A stretch of 64,000 nt of DNA from an uncultured Methanomicrobiales archaeon (GTDB lineage: Archaea; Halobacteriota; Methanomicrobia; Methanomicrobiales; Methanospirillaceae). The stretch spans positions 800,001 through 864,000 of the forward strand of contig OY969100.1 of NCBI GenBank assembly GCA_963697895.1. The letters are read 5' to 3'. A program made the translations under genes and the position numbers. Each line of letters starts with the position of its first letter. Positions within the stretch are counted from its first letter, which is position 1. The notes under the pieces were generated by a model that was not told the origin of the DNA, did not search any database, and saw only the letters and a list, made by a program, of their open reading frames with translations. Positions 21,356-30,952 of the stretch are shown piece by piece.

Positions 21356-21693
21356 GGACCCTCTCCTGCATCATAACTCCACCGCCGAAAATTTTTCCGT
21401 TTATATCGCATATGGCATCCTTTTGGAACCTCCCGGACACCTGCCCGGATATTTGGGGTACTCTTGGATGCGTCGCGATATAGAAATATGCCCGGCGGTT
21501 TGTTAACAAATTCCGGATGTTATGACAGCCCTCATTTGTTCCTCTGAGGGTAATCATCATGTCCATGGTGTTTTTACTGTTACCCATGCAACCCGGGTAC
21601 CGTTTCCCCCCCATAACAGAGGTTTTCGAAATCTCCCGTCTGTTGCTTCCATAACAGAAAATTCTTTAATTGCATAGCCATAAATTGTACAGA

Positions 21694-22320
21694 ATGGCAA
21701 AGAACTCGGGTAAAAAGGAACAGGAGCCATTGAAGTTATTTTATATCTTCTATAGTCAGGAGCGATGGGATAACTGGTTATGCACACTGAGAGCAGCAAA
21801 TTTTGACATAAATCCTGAAAGCGAAGAGATGCCTGAAGGATTTCGAACCCTCTACAGTTTCGGAATGGACATTACCCTGGAAGTACTGAAGATCATCAAA
21901 CTGTTCCAGAACGGAAGATTTTCGAAAGATGAGGCCCTGGAGAAGCTGAATCAGGTTGAAACGATTATTATGTCCGATGTGCCGGAGGATCTGGGCGATA
22001 TAGTTGAGGCGCTCCAGCTCTCTGTGGTGGTGCTCTTTGCATCCTGCAGGAAGTATCTCGAAGGAGGATATCAGGCAGATATCAAGATACTGGTTAAGGA
22101 GGGTCGTAAGCAGATCGGAGAAGATATGGAACAGGCACTTCAGACAGGTGCCACTATCGGGGCTAACGTAATTAATGGAACCGCCTGTTGCGGAAAATAC
22201 GTGAAGGATGATCTCACGGATCCAACGCTCTTTGATGAATGGCTGATCGAGATCGAGACGATGCACGAGGCGATGGGATCGCTGAAAAACTTTGATGAAG
22301 AAGCCGGAGAAACAACGTGA
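21694..22320 (+). CDS. DUF2150-family protein
   Basis: FYSQERWDNWL N-terminal motif; acidic C-terminus; start trimmed to MAKN. Confidence 0.7.
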   Translation: MAKNSGKKEQEPLKLFYIFYSQERWDNWLCTLRAANFDINPESEEMPEGFRTLYSFGMDITLEVLKIIKLFQNGRFSKDEALEKLNQVETIIMSDVPEDLGDIVEALQLSVVVLFASCRKYLEGGYQADIKILVKEGRKQIGEDMEQALQTGATIGANVINGTACCGKYVKDDLTDPTLFDEWLIEIETMHEAMGSLKNFDEEAGETT

Positions 22321-22769
22321 TCGCGGAAAGGGCCCGGTTCAGGGGGGCCAGAAAACTTGAGCGATTCGTTGGATACCGGTTACCGGATGCCATATTTTCC
22401 GGTCCGGTTCTTGAGGCGCTTTCGGGAAAATTTGACTTTAACTTGTTTGATGAGACCGTCCGTACGCAGATCCTTAATTTTTTCCACGATTTTCTTCGGT
22501 GCGGGTGCAGGGACAATCCTCTGTGCGGGTGTCCGGAACGAAAATTTGCTGTCATGGTTATAGATTTACGCGAAAATGGCCTCGATCACAGACAGATATC
22601 CGCGTATCTCCTTGAGGAATATGGTATCGACATATACCCTGCTGACATTTTGAGCTTCCTCGAAGATGCGGTACATGAACTGGAGGCAATCCGTGACGTA
22701 TCGGGGCTTCAGGGCCGGACTGACCTCTCCACCGATGCGGCTGAGCATATCGCACTCATTTCGCGCTGA
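22317..22769 (+). CDS. DUF5814-like protein (resembles an archaeal helicase C-terminal domain)
   Basis: DFLRCGCRDNPLCGCPERKF...YGIDIYPADILSFLE; GTGA overlap with the upstream gene. Confidence 0.7.
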   Translation: MIAERARFRGARKLERFVGYRLPDAIFSGPVLEALSGKFDFNLFDETVRTQILNFFHDFLRCGCRDNPLCGCPERKFAVMVIDLRENGLDHRQISAYLLEEYGIDIYPADILSFLEDAVHELEAIRDVSGLQGRTDLSTDAAEHIALISR

Positions 22770-22896
22770 CTTCGTTAACTGCTCAATTTTTTTGATTTTT
22801 CATTATACACTCATATTCCTATACGGGGAATTCCAACCGGTGGGGGATGGTCACCTCTATACCTTTAACCTCCAATATTCTTGTGTGAGGCTTGGT

Positions 22897-23304
22897 ATGA
22901 GAAAAGAACTTCTCATCGATTGGAAGCATGGGAGGAGCACCCGGGTGACCTGTATCATATGCTCCGACACCGGAAAAACCCTGCAAACCCTCCTCCAAGA
23001 GATTATCCCGGTATTAGAGCAGGATGGGATCCGCGTCCGGATCGTCGACACGGATCTCCCGGGAGATGATTCAGAAGATACTATTCTCCTGAACGGTACA
23101 CCCCTCGAAGAGCTTATCAATAAAGCCGGGAGTGGCCAGAACTATTGTCGATCTACAAAATGCATGATGATGCAGGAAGAGTATCCCTGTATTTCAGAGA
23201 CTGATCAGGCGATCCGTGAGGAGGCCCCCGAAATCCTCTTCAGGAAAGCGATGCTGCTCGCGCTCGAGGAGGATCAGGAGATTGATGCCCCCTCTTTTCA
23301 TTGA
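22897..23304 (+). CDS. DUF2703-like thioredoxin-fold protein
   Basis: IDWKH....TCIICSDTG, ILLNGTPLEEL, C-rich loop; start trimmed to MRKELL. Confidence 0.65.
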   Translation: MRKELLIDWKHGRSTRVTCIICSDTGKTLQTLLQEIIPVLEQDGIRVRIVDTDLPGDDSEDTILLNGTPLEELINKAGSGQNYCRSTKCMMMQEEYPCISETDQAIREEAPEILFRKAMLLALEEDQEIDAPSFH

Positions 23305-23489
23305 AGGCATTTCCATGAATTAATTCCCCCCATAACCGGATTTCAGACAATTAAGAGAAGGAAAACAATACGGATATTCCGCCTGACACAGATAGATGGC
23401 CCCCGAGAAGGATCCATCACCGCCTGTCAGATTTTACGGACCAATTTTTTTTCCGAAATTTTTATTAAACGGGAGATATTCCTGTAATT

Positions 23490-24047
23490 ATGGAAAAAAA
23501 CAAACAGTATATAATCTTTTTTGTTATTATCGGTTTCCTGCTTATCCTCGCATTTATTCTTGTCACCGCACCATCTTCGTTCGCGCTCAATGCAACACCG
23601 GCGACACCGAAAGAGGCCTGGCAATCGATACCGTTTACAGATGTAAAAACGGGAAATTCGCAAACATTGAAGGATTTGTTGGGAAAACCCGTGATAGTCC
23701 AGGCATTTATCGTGACCTGTCCCATCTGCACCCGGCAGCAGGAAGAGATCAACCGGCTCCAGGAGGAACAGGGCATGAAATCCTTCACGTTCGTCGCACT
23801 GGACATCGACCCTTCCGAACGGGAGGAGGCCATCCGGGCTCACGTAGAGAGAAACGGGTTCACCGGCATATACGCAGCCTCACCCCCGGACCTGACCAGG
23901 GCGCTCTACGATGAATTCGGCCCGGACATCATAACTCCCTCCTCTGCTCCGGTAATACTGCTCTGCCCCGGCGGGCAGAAAACAAAGCTTCCCACGGGGA
24001 TAAAATCGGCCACATTCCTGAAGGAAGCTTTGGAGACGACCTGCTGA
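23490..24047 (+). CDS. Membrane-anchored TlpA/redoxin-family protein
   Basis: N-terminal TM; TLKDLLGKPVIVQAFIVTCPIC; VALDIDPSE. Confidence 0.8.
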   Translation: MEKNKQYIIFFVIIGFLLILAFILVTAPSSFALNATPATPKEAWQSIPFTDVKTGNSQTLKDLLGKPVIVQAFIVTCPICTRQQEEINRLQEEQGMKSFTFVALDIDPSEREEAIRAHVERNGFTGIYAASPPDLTRALYDEFGPDIITPSSAPVILLCPGGQKTKLPTGIKSATFLKEALETTC

Positions 24048-24048
24048 T

Positions 24049-24720
24049 ATGGATGTTGTGACCAGCTGGTGGATCTCTTTCCTTGCAGGAGTGTTCACTC
24101 CTCTGGGGGCGGTATGCGTCCTTCCGCTCTACCCGGGATTTATCGCGCATCTTGCAGGTCAGCTCCAGGGGAACCCTTCGCGAAGAACCATTCTCCTGCT
24201 CGGATGTCTTGTTGCGGTCGGAATGGTCGGGTCGATGCTGCTCACCGGGTTCGTATTCATCTCCATTCTGCAGTTCTCCCTCTCTGATGCGATCCGGATA
24301 CTGTCTCCCATCGTATTCATCCTGCTTGCGGGAATCAGCATTTTTCTTATCGCGGGAAAAGATCCAGGGAAATACGTACCGTCCAACTGCCTTCCTGAGA
24401 TACGTTCACCAATTTTAACCGCGTTCGTATTCGGTTTCTTCTTTGGTATTCTTGCTCTTCCATGTAATCCAGGACCTATAATCGTGCTTTTCGCGCTCAG
24501 TGTAAACAGTTTCAGTTTCATGATAAACCTGGTAAACTTTATCCTGTTCGGGATCGGTATGGCACTACCCCTGATTTTGATTTCGGTCATCACTGCCAGC
24601 CGAAGCGATCAGATAATACGCTTTTTCACGGAGAACCGCAGGATTATACAGAGAATTGCGGGAATCCTCATGCTCGTGATTGCTCTCTACTATCTGGGCT
24701 ACATATTCGGCATTTTTTGA
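24049..24720 (+). CDS. CcdA/DsbD-type transmembrane electron transporter
   Basis: SFLAGVFTPLGAVCVLPLYP and ALPCNPGP cysteine motifs; about 6 TM helices. Confidence 0.85.
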   Translation: MDVVTSWWISFLAGVFTPLGAVCVLPLYPGFIAHLAGQLQGNPSRRTILLLGCLVAVGMVGSMLLTGFVFISILQFSLSDAIRILSPIVFILLAGISIFLIAGKDPGKYVPSNCLPEIRSPILTAFVFGFFFGILALPCNPGPIIVLFALSVNSFSFMINLVNFILFGIGMALPLILISVITASRSDQIIRFFTENRRIIQRIAGILMLVIALYYLGYIFGIF

Positions 24721-24960
24721 GTATGGTAGAAGTGCCGTTTATCGATCGCCTGTTCCCGCATTTTCTTTAGAGAAGTTATCATATCAGATTATATTCCGGG
24801 GGCGGCTTGATATTCGCCCCTATAGCCTCGAAATGAGTGAATTTGCAGGGATATTATGGAAATCCCTCCTAAACTACCTCTCGTCACCCCGAATTCCCGG
24901 CATCGGTATTATTCAAATACTTCCGCCAACAACCCCTCCTATCAAGGAATTTGAGGTACC

Positions 24961-25695
24961 ATGAATAAATTGCTGATCATCTCTACCCTTCTGATAGCCA
25001 TCATATGCTGTACAGGCTGTACAACTCCCATTCCTCCCATCCCGAACCCTTGCATCGATGGTTCCGGAAAGATCGTGACCGAAAACCGATCCATGGGAGA
25101 TTTTACCCGGATTGACATGGCCGTCCCGGCAATACTTACCGTCCGGCAGGGAGCGAGCCCCTCCCTGATAATCGAGGGCGATGACAACCTCCTCCCGCTC
25201 ATTGTCACAAATGTTCAGAATGGAGACCTTATAATCAGCTATTCCCGGCCCTGCATGAGACCGTCATCACCTATTCTGATCCAGGCGACCATGCAGGATA
25301 TCCAGGGTCTGACCCTTCTCGGCAGTGGTGAGATCGACAGCTCCGGGATCCTTTCTGTAGATCATCTAGACACCCAGCTCGTGGGTTCGGGCACGATGGA
25401 CCTTTCGGTGAATGCCACTACGCTGAACTCAACGATTACCGGTTCGGGAAATGAGCAACTCAATGGAAAGGCGGCAACCCATCAGATCCGTATCCCGGGT
25501 TCGGGGAGTGTACATGCCTTTGGACTGAACACGGATTCCACCCGCATCGAGATTATCGGTTCAGGAAATGCGGATGTAAATGCAAATTCTGCACTCATCA
25601 TTCAGATCACCGGATCCGGTTCCGTTCAGTATACGGGCAGTGTATCCGATATCCAGCATAGTATCACTGGATCGGGAAGCGTAAAGAGGGTATAA
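24961..25695 (+). CDS. DUF2807 (GIN/beta-helix) putative lipoprotein/adhesin
   Basis: Signal peptide with TGC lipobox-like motif; GSG repeats about every 19 aa; IEGDDNLLPLI. Confidence 0.8.
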   Translation: MNKLLIISTLLIAIICCTGCTTPIPPIPNPCIDGSGKIVTENRSMGDFTRIDMAVPAILTVRQGASPSLIIEGDDNLLPLIVTNVQNGDLIISYSRPCMRPSSPILIQATMQDIQGLTLLGSGEIDSSGILSVDHLDTQLVGSGTMDLSVNATTLNSTITGSGNEQLNGKAATHQIRIPGSGSVHAFGLNTDSTRIEIIGSGNADVNANSALIIQITGSGSVQYTGSVSDIQHSITGSGSVKRV

Positions 25696-25796
25696 CCGGA
25701 ATTAAGAGGTGAGAACAATATCAGCCTCTTCTTTAAACAAAATCCGGTTCGGGCGGCGTAGGAAAGAGATCAACTTTTTAGAAATGAGATTGACAG

Positions 25797-25881
25797 TGCG
25801 AGGGATGGGATTCGAACCCATGGACACCTTCGTGACTGGATCTTAAGTCCAGCGCCGTTGGCCTGGCTTGGCTACCCTCGC
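25797..25881 (-). tRNA. tRNA-Leu (anticodon TAA), no intron, CCA not encoded
   Basis: GCGAGGG acceptor stem/CCCTCGC-A; CTGGA-CTTAAGA-TCCAG anticodon arm; long variable arm; GGTTCGAATCC T-loop. Confidence 0.95.
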
Positions 25882-26072
25882 TCCTTCACCCATACCAGTT
25901 CTGCCTGATCCCTTAAAAGGTGACCGAGTCGGGGCGTTATCCATGGGCACTGCTTCAGGGCCCGGTTCGTGTACGTATATGAATTCAGATCATGACTGAA
26001 AGAGGCAGGTAAGAAATGGATTGGAAATGCAAAAACGGGCGGAGTGAGAAAATAAGACTAAAGTATGTCCCG

Positions 26073-26543
26073 TTATCCCACCGGCGCAAGGATCTCTGTC
26101 AGTACATCCTCAGGAGGCACCGAGCGTGGATCATTTAGATATAATTCGCGGATAGGTCCAGTGACAGGTATATTATGTTGCGCCAACCAGTCGAAAAGGC
26201 GGTGATAAGTCGGCTCGCAGGCAGTGTACGGCCCCTGATGGACAATGCGGGCCATCCTCCCTCCTGGCAAAATGTAGCGGGAGATATCCCCCGAACCGGG
26301 AACATCGCCGCGAATCGGCCACGCGACCTCAACATCTGCGATGCCGGTGTTTACTGCCCGTTTTGTCTCTTTAGTTCCTTCGTCATGCAATATTAAAAGG
26401 GGAGGCCCACACGGTTCGATCTTCTGATGAATAATATGCGCGATCAATTCGGGGAGCATAACCGCGATCTGATCGTTTGTACCTTTCTTCCGCATCCCCA
26501 AAACAGTCTGAGGCGGCACATCAATGATCGTTATCTCATCCAT
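26073..26543 (-). CDS. GyrI-like small-molecule-binding protein
   Basis: LPGGRMARIVHQGPY...Y..LFDW, GPIRELYLNDP...TEILAP. Confidence 0.85.
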   Translation of the reverse strand: MDEITIIDVPPQTVLGMRKKGTNDQIAVMLPELIAHIIHQKIEPCGPPLLILHDEGTKETKRAVNTGIADVEVAWPIRGDVPGSGDISRYILPGGRMARIVHQGPYTACEPTYHRLFDWLAQHNIPVTGPIRELYLNDPRSVPPEDVLTEILAPVG

Positions 26544-26806
26544 GGTCTTTAGTTCAATCTGTGACCATGTGCTTTTATAGGTTATCTCAAACCATTGCCC
26601 GATGGGATGCATCCATTCCCGGATATTCCGATTTTATTCCGCTTCAGGAAATTAGCCCCCGGAGGCAGAAAATCAGCGCCCCTACAGACAGACCAGCGGT
26701 ATATCCGGAAAACGTATGAGCATGACGAACCCACATTAAGGGGAATTCAGATGCTTATTCCGCTGGACTACCCGATAAGCGTTATTCCTCCAAGGTTTGA
26801 CAATGT

Positions 26807-27868
26807 ATGTTCAAAGGATCTGGCGACGGCGGGTTGCCGAACCAGTTCAGTCAGGGGGTATTGCCGATAGCCTTCCTGGTACATGGCTGGGTTGAACTCG
26901 ACGGCCGTCAGCTTTCCCCGGGAGAGATCTCGGATATCATCAGGTTTCGTCCTTCTGATATCTCACGGTTTGGTGGCGAATTCGCTCTCTCATGGGAGAA
27001 TTGCCATGCGCGGGACTGCTTCGGAATCATGCCGGGAGCGACCCCGAAAGGTTCGGTTGTCTGCGGAGGCACAATCCGCACCGTGATCCATCCCTCTCCC
27101 CCTCATATGACTCTCGAACAGGCGATCGTCGAGTCGGTTCATCTGCGGAGCGATGAAGGTGTGACCGCCCTCTCCGGCGGAATAGACTCCGCGCTGGTAG
27201 CCCACCTTGCCGGCCTGCCCTGCGTCGCGATCGGAACGAAAGATTCCCACGATCTCAAACGGGCAGCATTGGCTGCGGACGCTATGGGCCTGTCATGTGA
27301 TCTCGTGACGCTCACTCCTGGAGTGATAGAAGAGGCGTTAATCTCAGTCCTTGGCGTGATTGCGGATAGAAACCCGGTAGATGCGTCGATTGCAGCCGCG
27401 GAGTACTGCATAGCCGAATGGGCATCCGCACAGGGGCACCGGCGGATTCTCACCGGACAGGGAGCGGATGAACTTTTCGGGGGGTATGCACGATATCTCT
27501 TGAGTCCTGATCTCGGTGCGGAGCTTGAACGCGATTTCCTTGGCCTGGAACGCCAGGCGGTCCGCGACCAGGCGGTTGCTGCGTTGCACAGGGCATATTT
27601 CTCCCTTCCGTACCTCGACATCCGGGTGGTGCGCGCTGCACAGGCGATACCCGCAGAACGGAAAGTGCATGACGGGGTTCGTAAGTGGCCGCTCCGGAGC
27701 ATTGCAGAACGGCATATCCCGCAGGAAATCGCCTGGCATGATAAAAAAGCGATGCAGTACGGGAGCGGGGTCCACAAGACTATCGCGGATCTTGCACGTC
27801 AAAACGGTTATAAAAGGTCGGTACAAGGGTACATAAACGAGATCAGTGGGCGAGAACATGGTAACTGA
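26807..27868 (+). CDS. Asparagine-synthase-like PP-loop protein with truncated N-terminal domain (start uncertain)
   Basis: ALSGGIDS, LTGQGADELFGGY, PYLD, RKWPLR, KKAMQYGSG; no N-terminal MCGI. Confidence 0.8.
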   Translation: MFKGSGDGGLPNQFSQGVLPIAFLVHGWVELDGRQLSPGEISDIIRFRPSDISRFGGEFALSWENCHARDCFGIMPGATPKGSVVCGGTIRTVIHPSPPHMTLEQAIVESVHLRSDEGVTALSGGIDSALVAHLAGLPCVAIGTKDSHDLKRAALAADAMGLSCDLVTLTPGVIEEALISVLGVIADRNPVDASIAAAEYCIAEWASAQGHRRILTGQGADELFGGYARYLLSPDLGAELERDFLGLERQAVRDQAVAALHRAYFSLPYLDIRVVRAAQAIPAERKVHDGVRKWPLRSIAERHIPQEIAWHDKKAMQYGSGVHKTIADLARQNGYKRSVQGYINEISGREHGN

Positions 27869-28127
27869 GCGGGAAATTGAACATATCTCAGAATTGGCCG
27901 ATATCGGTTTGAACAAGGAAGAACTTGGTGCCTTTACTGACCAGTTCAATGTGATTCTCGAATATTTTGATATACTCGACCAGGTGCCTGCATGCCCGGT
28001 GGCCAGCCCTGAAATCCATACAATCCTCCGGGAAGATGAGTTCACTCCTTCACTGGCGGTACCGGAAGTATTATCGAATGCGGCCGAGAATGAGGACGGG
28101 TTCTTCAAGGCGCCCCGGGTGATGTGA
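27858..28127 (+). CDS. gatC: Asp/Glu-tRNA amidotransferase subunit C
   Basis: EHISELADI, LREDE, NAAENEDGFFKAPRVM. Confidence 0.92.
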   Translation: MVTEREIEHISELADIGLNKEELGAFTDQFNVILEYFDILDQVPACPVASPEIHTILREDEFTPSLAVPEVLSNAAENEDGFFKAPRVM

Positions 28128-29432
28128 TGGACGGACAGGTACAGAAATTTCACCAGGACGACCCGTTCAATGCCTTTATCCACATCTGCCGTTCAGACTT
28201 CCTTCGGAGATGGGCCCTTGTCCGGTTTACCGGTCGCGGTGAAGGATAACATTTCGACGTCCGGGATCCAGACGACCTGTGGCTCGCGAATCCTGGAGGG
28301 ATATATCCCACCATACGATGCGCATGTCGTCACCCTTCTGAAAGGGGCCGGGGCAGCGATCATCGGCAAAACCAACATGGATGAGTTCGGAATGGGCTCC
28401 ACTACCGAGAACAGTGGATATGGCACGACGAAAAATCCTCACGATATCGCTCGTGTTCCGGGAGGGTCTTCGGGGGGTAGCGCGGCGGCCATCGCCTCCG
28501 GTATGGTGACGATGGCACTTGGTACAGATACGGGCGGCTCCATCCGGTGTCCGGCAGCATTTTGTGGCATCGTCGGTCTCAAACCCACTTATGGAAGGGT
28601 TTCCCGGTATGGGCTGATTGCTTATGCCAATTCACTCGAACAAATTGGCCCGATGGCAAGAAACGTCACCGATGTCTCCCGGCTCATGATGGTTCTCAGT
28701 GAATACGATCCACGTGACTCCACAAGCTTCAATCGTCCTTACCGCCACGTTCCCCGTGATTCTGTCCGGGGCCTCCGGATCGGGGTTCCGGAAGAATATT
28801 TCGGTGAAGGAGTGGATCCAAAAGTCGCATCAGTCACCTGGGATGCGATCCAGCGGCTCGAAGGGCTCGGTGCAGACGTGATCGCCTGTACGATGCCGAG
28901 TATGGCATATGCGCTCGCCGCGTATTATGTGACCTGTACAAGTGAGGCAAGCTCCAATCTCGCCCGCTTCGACGGGATTAGGTACGGGCCGGGCTTGGAC
29001 ACGCGGAAGACCTGGCATGAGGCGTTCCAGGAACATCGACGGACATACTTTGGGGAAGAGGTCAGGAGAAGGATCCTGCTCGGAACATTCGCACTCTCGT
29101 CAGGATACTACGGAAAGTACTATGCGAAGGCACAGGCAGCACGCCAGATGGTGAAGGAGGACTTCGCACGCCTCTTCCGGGAGGTCGACCTGATTGCAGG
29201 TCCGACCATGCCGAACATCGCCTTCCTGCTTGGGGAGAAGAATGATCCACTTTCAATGTATCTCGCGGATATCCTGACCGTCCCGGCAAATCTTGCAGGG
29301 ATCCCTGCCATTTCTATACCCTGCGGAAGAGTAAACAACATGCCTGTCGGCCTCCAGCTGATGGGGAGGGCGTTTGAAGATGAAACCGTCATAGACGCCG
29401 CCTTCGCGTTCGAGCAGGAGGGTTCTTCATGA
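28127..29432 (+). CDS. gatA: Asp/Glu-tRNA amidotransferase subunit A; +1 frameshift at about 28197
   Basis: ATG overlapping the gatC stop reads MDGQ...DDPFNAFIHICRS; next frame SFGDGPLSGLPVAVKDN, GKTNMDEF, PGGSSGGS, GTDTGGSIR. Confidence 0.92.
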
Positions 29433-30952
29433 ATGAAGCTTCGGATGAGATACGAACAACCGGAGGACCGGATGAAGAGACCTCCATATCCGAAGATGAA
29501 GTTATCATTGGGCTCGAGATACATTGCCAGCTCGATACGAAAACCAAGCTCTTCTGTGGGTGCTCTACTGACTATCGGGATGATGCACCGAATACTCATG
29601 TCTGTCCAATCTGCCTCGGCCTTCCCGGTTCGCTCCCTGTTATCAATAAAAAAGCCGTTGAATTCGCTCTCCGTGTAGTGATGGCGTTCAATGGTGAAAT
29701 CCCTGAAGAATGCGAGTTCGCACGAAAAAATTACTTCTATCCGGACCTGAACAAAGGGTATCAGATCAGCCAGTACGATAAACCGCTCGGAAATGGAGGA
29801 TTCCTTCTTATCGAGGGTGAAGATGGGGAAAAACGGGTGAATCTTACCCGTATTCATCTCGAAGAAGACCCAGGCCGCCTGGTGCATAAGGGAGGCACAG
29901 ACCGGCCGAAATATTCCCTGGTCGATTATAATCGGGCAGGGATCCCGCTCATCGAGATAGTTACGGAGCCAGATCTCCGATCCCCGAAAGAGGCCCGCCG
30001 ATTCCTGAATAAGCTCAGGGCCACCCTCGAGTACTTGGAGGTCTTCGACTCCGAGAAGGAGGGGTCGCTCAGGGTAGATGCAAATATCTCGATTCAGCCG
30101 AAGGGATGGTTTGACCGGGAACGGAAAGGCAAACCGGGAAGGGGAAGAACCGAAGTTAAAAACATTTCTTCCTATAAAGGTGTTGAAAAAGCGCTGACTT
30201 TTGAGATCACCCGGCAGAGAAACCTGATACGGAGAGGCCATCTCCTCGAATCGGCAACACGGCACTTCGTCGAGGCACGTGGCGTAACCACAGCATCCCG
30301 GAGTAAGGAGCAGGAACAGGATTACCGGTACTTCCCGGAGCCTGATCTGCGCCCGCTCCGGATCCGCTCCTGGGTCGGCGACATAGTCCTGCCAGAACTC
30401 CCGGATGCACGCAGGGCGCGTTTCGTCGCTCAGTACCGCTGCTCGCCGATTCATGCGCGGACATTAACCGGCGATCCAAGAACAGCTGATTTTTTTGAGT
30501 GCGTGGCCCGTGTTGACCTGGCCCTTGCTGCCACCTGGGTTGCTGATACGCTCCTTGGTGAACTGAATTACCGTGACATGGGAATCAATCGCGTGCCGCC
30601 GGAACATTTTTCGGAACTGCTTATCCTAGTGAAGCAGGGTACCATCACTGAAATGACGGGTGTTGAAGTTCTTCGGGCAATTCTTGACCAGCTCAGGGAG
30701 ACCGGCACGTGTGAATCCCCGTCGGCATACATACGACGGCATAATCTGTGCAAGGCGACGGAAGGAGGGCTTACAATGGAGGTCAATGAGGTGCTCAGGG
30801 AACATCCCGGGGCGGTGGCGGATTTTCACAGCGGGAAGAAGGAGGCGTTTAATTTCCTGATCGGACAGGTGATGAAGAAAACGAGAGGCCGCGTTGATCC
30901 GGGAGAACTGAACCAGGCACTGCAGGAAGCTCTCTGCCGGCCGGAGCGGTGA
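29429..30952 (+). CDS. gatB: Asp/Glu-tRNA amidotransferase subunit B
   Basis: IGLEIHCQL, RKNYFYPDL, HLEEDPG, DYNRAGIPLIEIVTEP, DYRYFPEPDL, Yqey tail. Confidence 0.96.
   Translation: MNEASDEIRTTGGPDEETSISEDEVIIGLEIHCQLDTKTKLFCGCSTDYRDDAPNTHVCPICLGLPGSLPVINKKAVEFALRVVMAFNGEIPEECEFARKNYFYPDLNKGYQISQYDKPLGNGGFLLIEGEDGEKRVNLTRIHLEEDPGRLVHKGGTDRPKYSLVDYNRAGIPLIEIVTEPDLRSPKEARRFLNKLRATLEYLEVFDSEKEGSLRVDANISIQPKGWFDRERKGKPGRGRTEVKNISSYKGVEKALTFEITRQRNLIRRGHLLESATRHFVEARGVTTASRSKEQEQDYRYFPEPDLRPLRIRSWVGDIVLPELPDARRARFVAQYRCSPIHARTLTGDPRTADFFECVARVDLALAATWVADTLLGELNYRDMGINRVPPEHFSELLILVKQGTITEMTGVEVLRAILDQLRETGTCESPSAYIRRHNLCKATEGGLTMEVNEVLREHPGAVADFHSGKKEAFNFLIGQVMKKTRGRVDPGELNQALQEALCRPER

Noticed and set aside
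25797-25881. tRNA-Leu as an integration site
   Set aside because: No duplicated tRNA 3' end and no integrase seen in the window
15955-28200. Programmed ribosomal frameshifting in fdhC, thiI and gatA
   Set aside because: No slippery heptamer or shared stimulatory structure at the sites; the genes are unrelated; sequencing error is more parsimonious
29120-30454. 444-aa minus-strand ORF
   Set aside because: Antisense shadow of gatA/gatB
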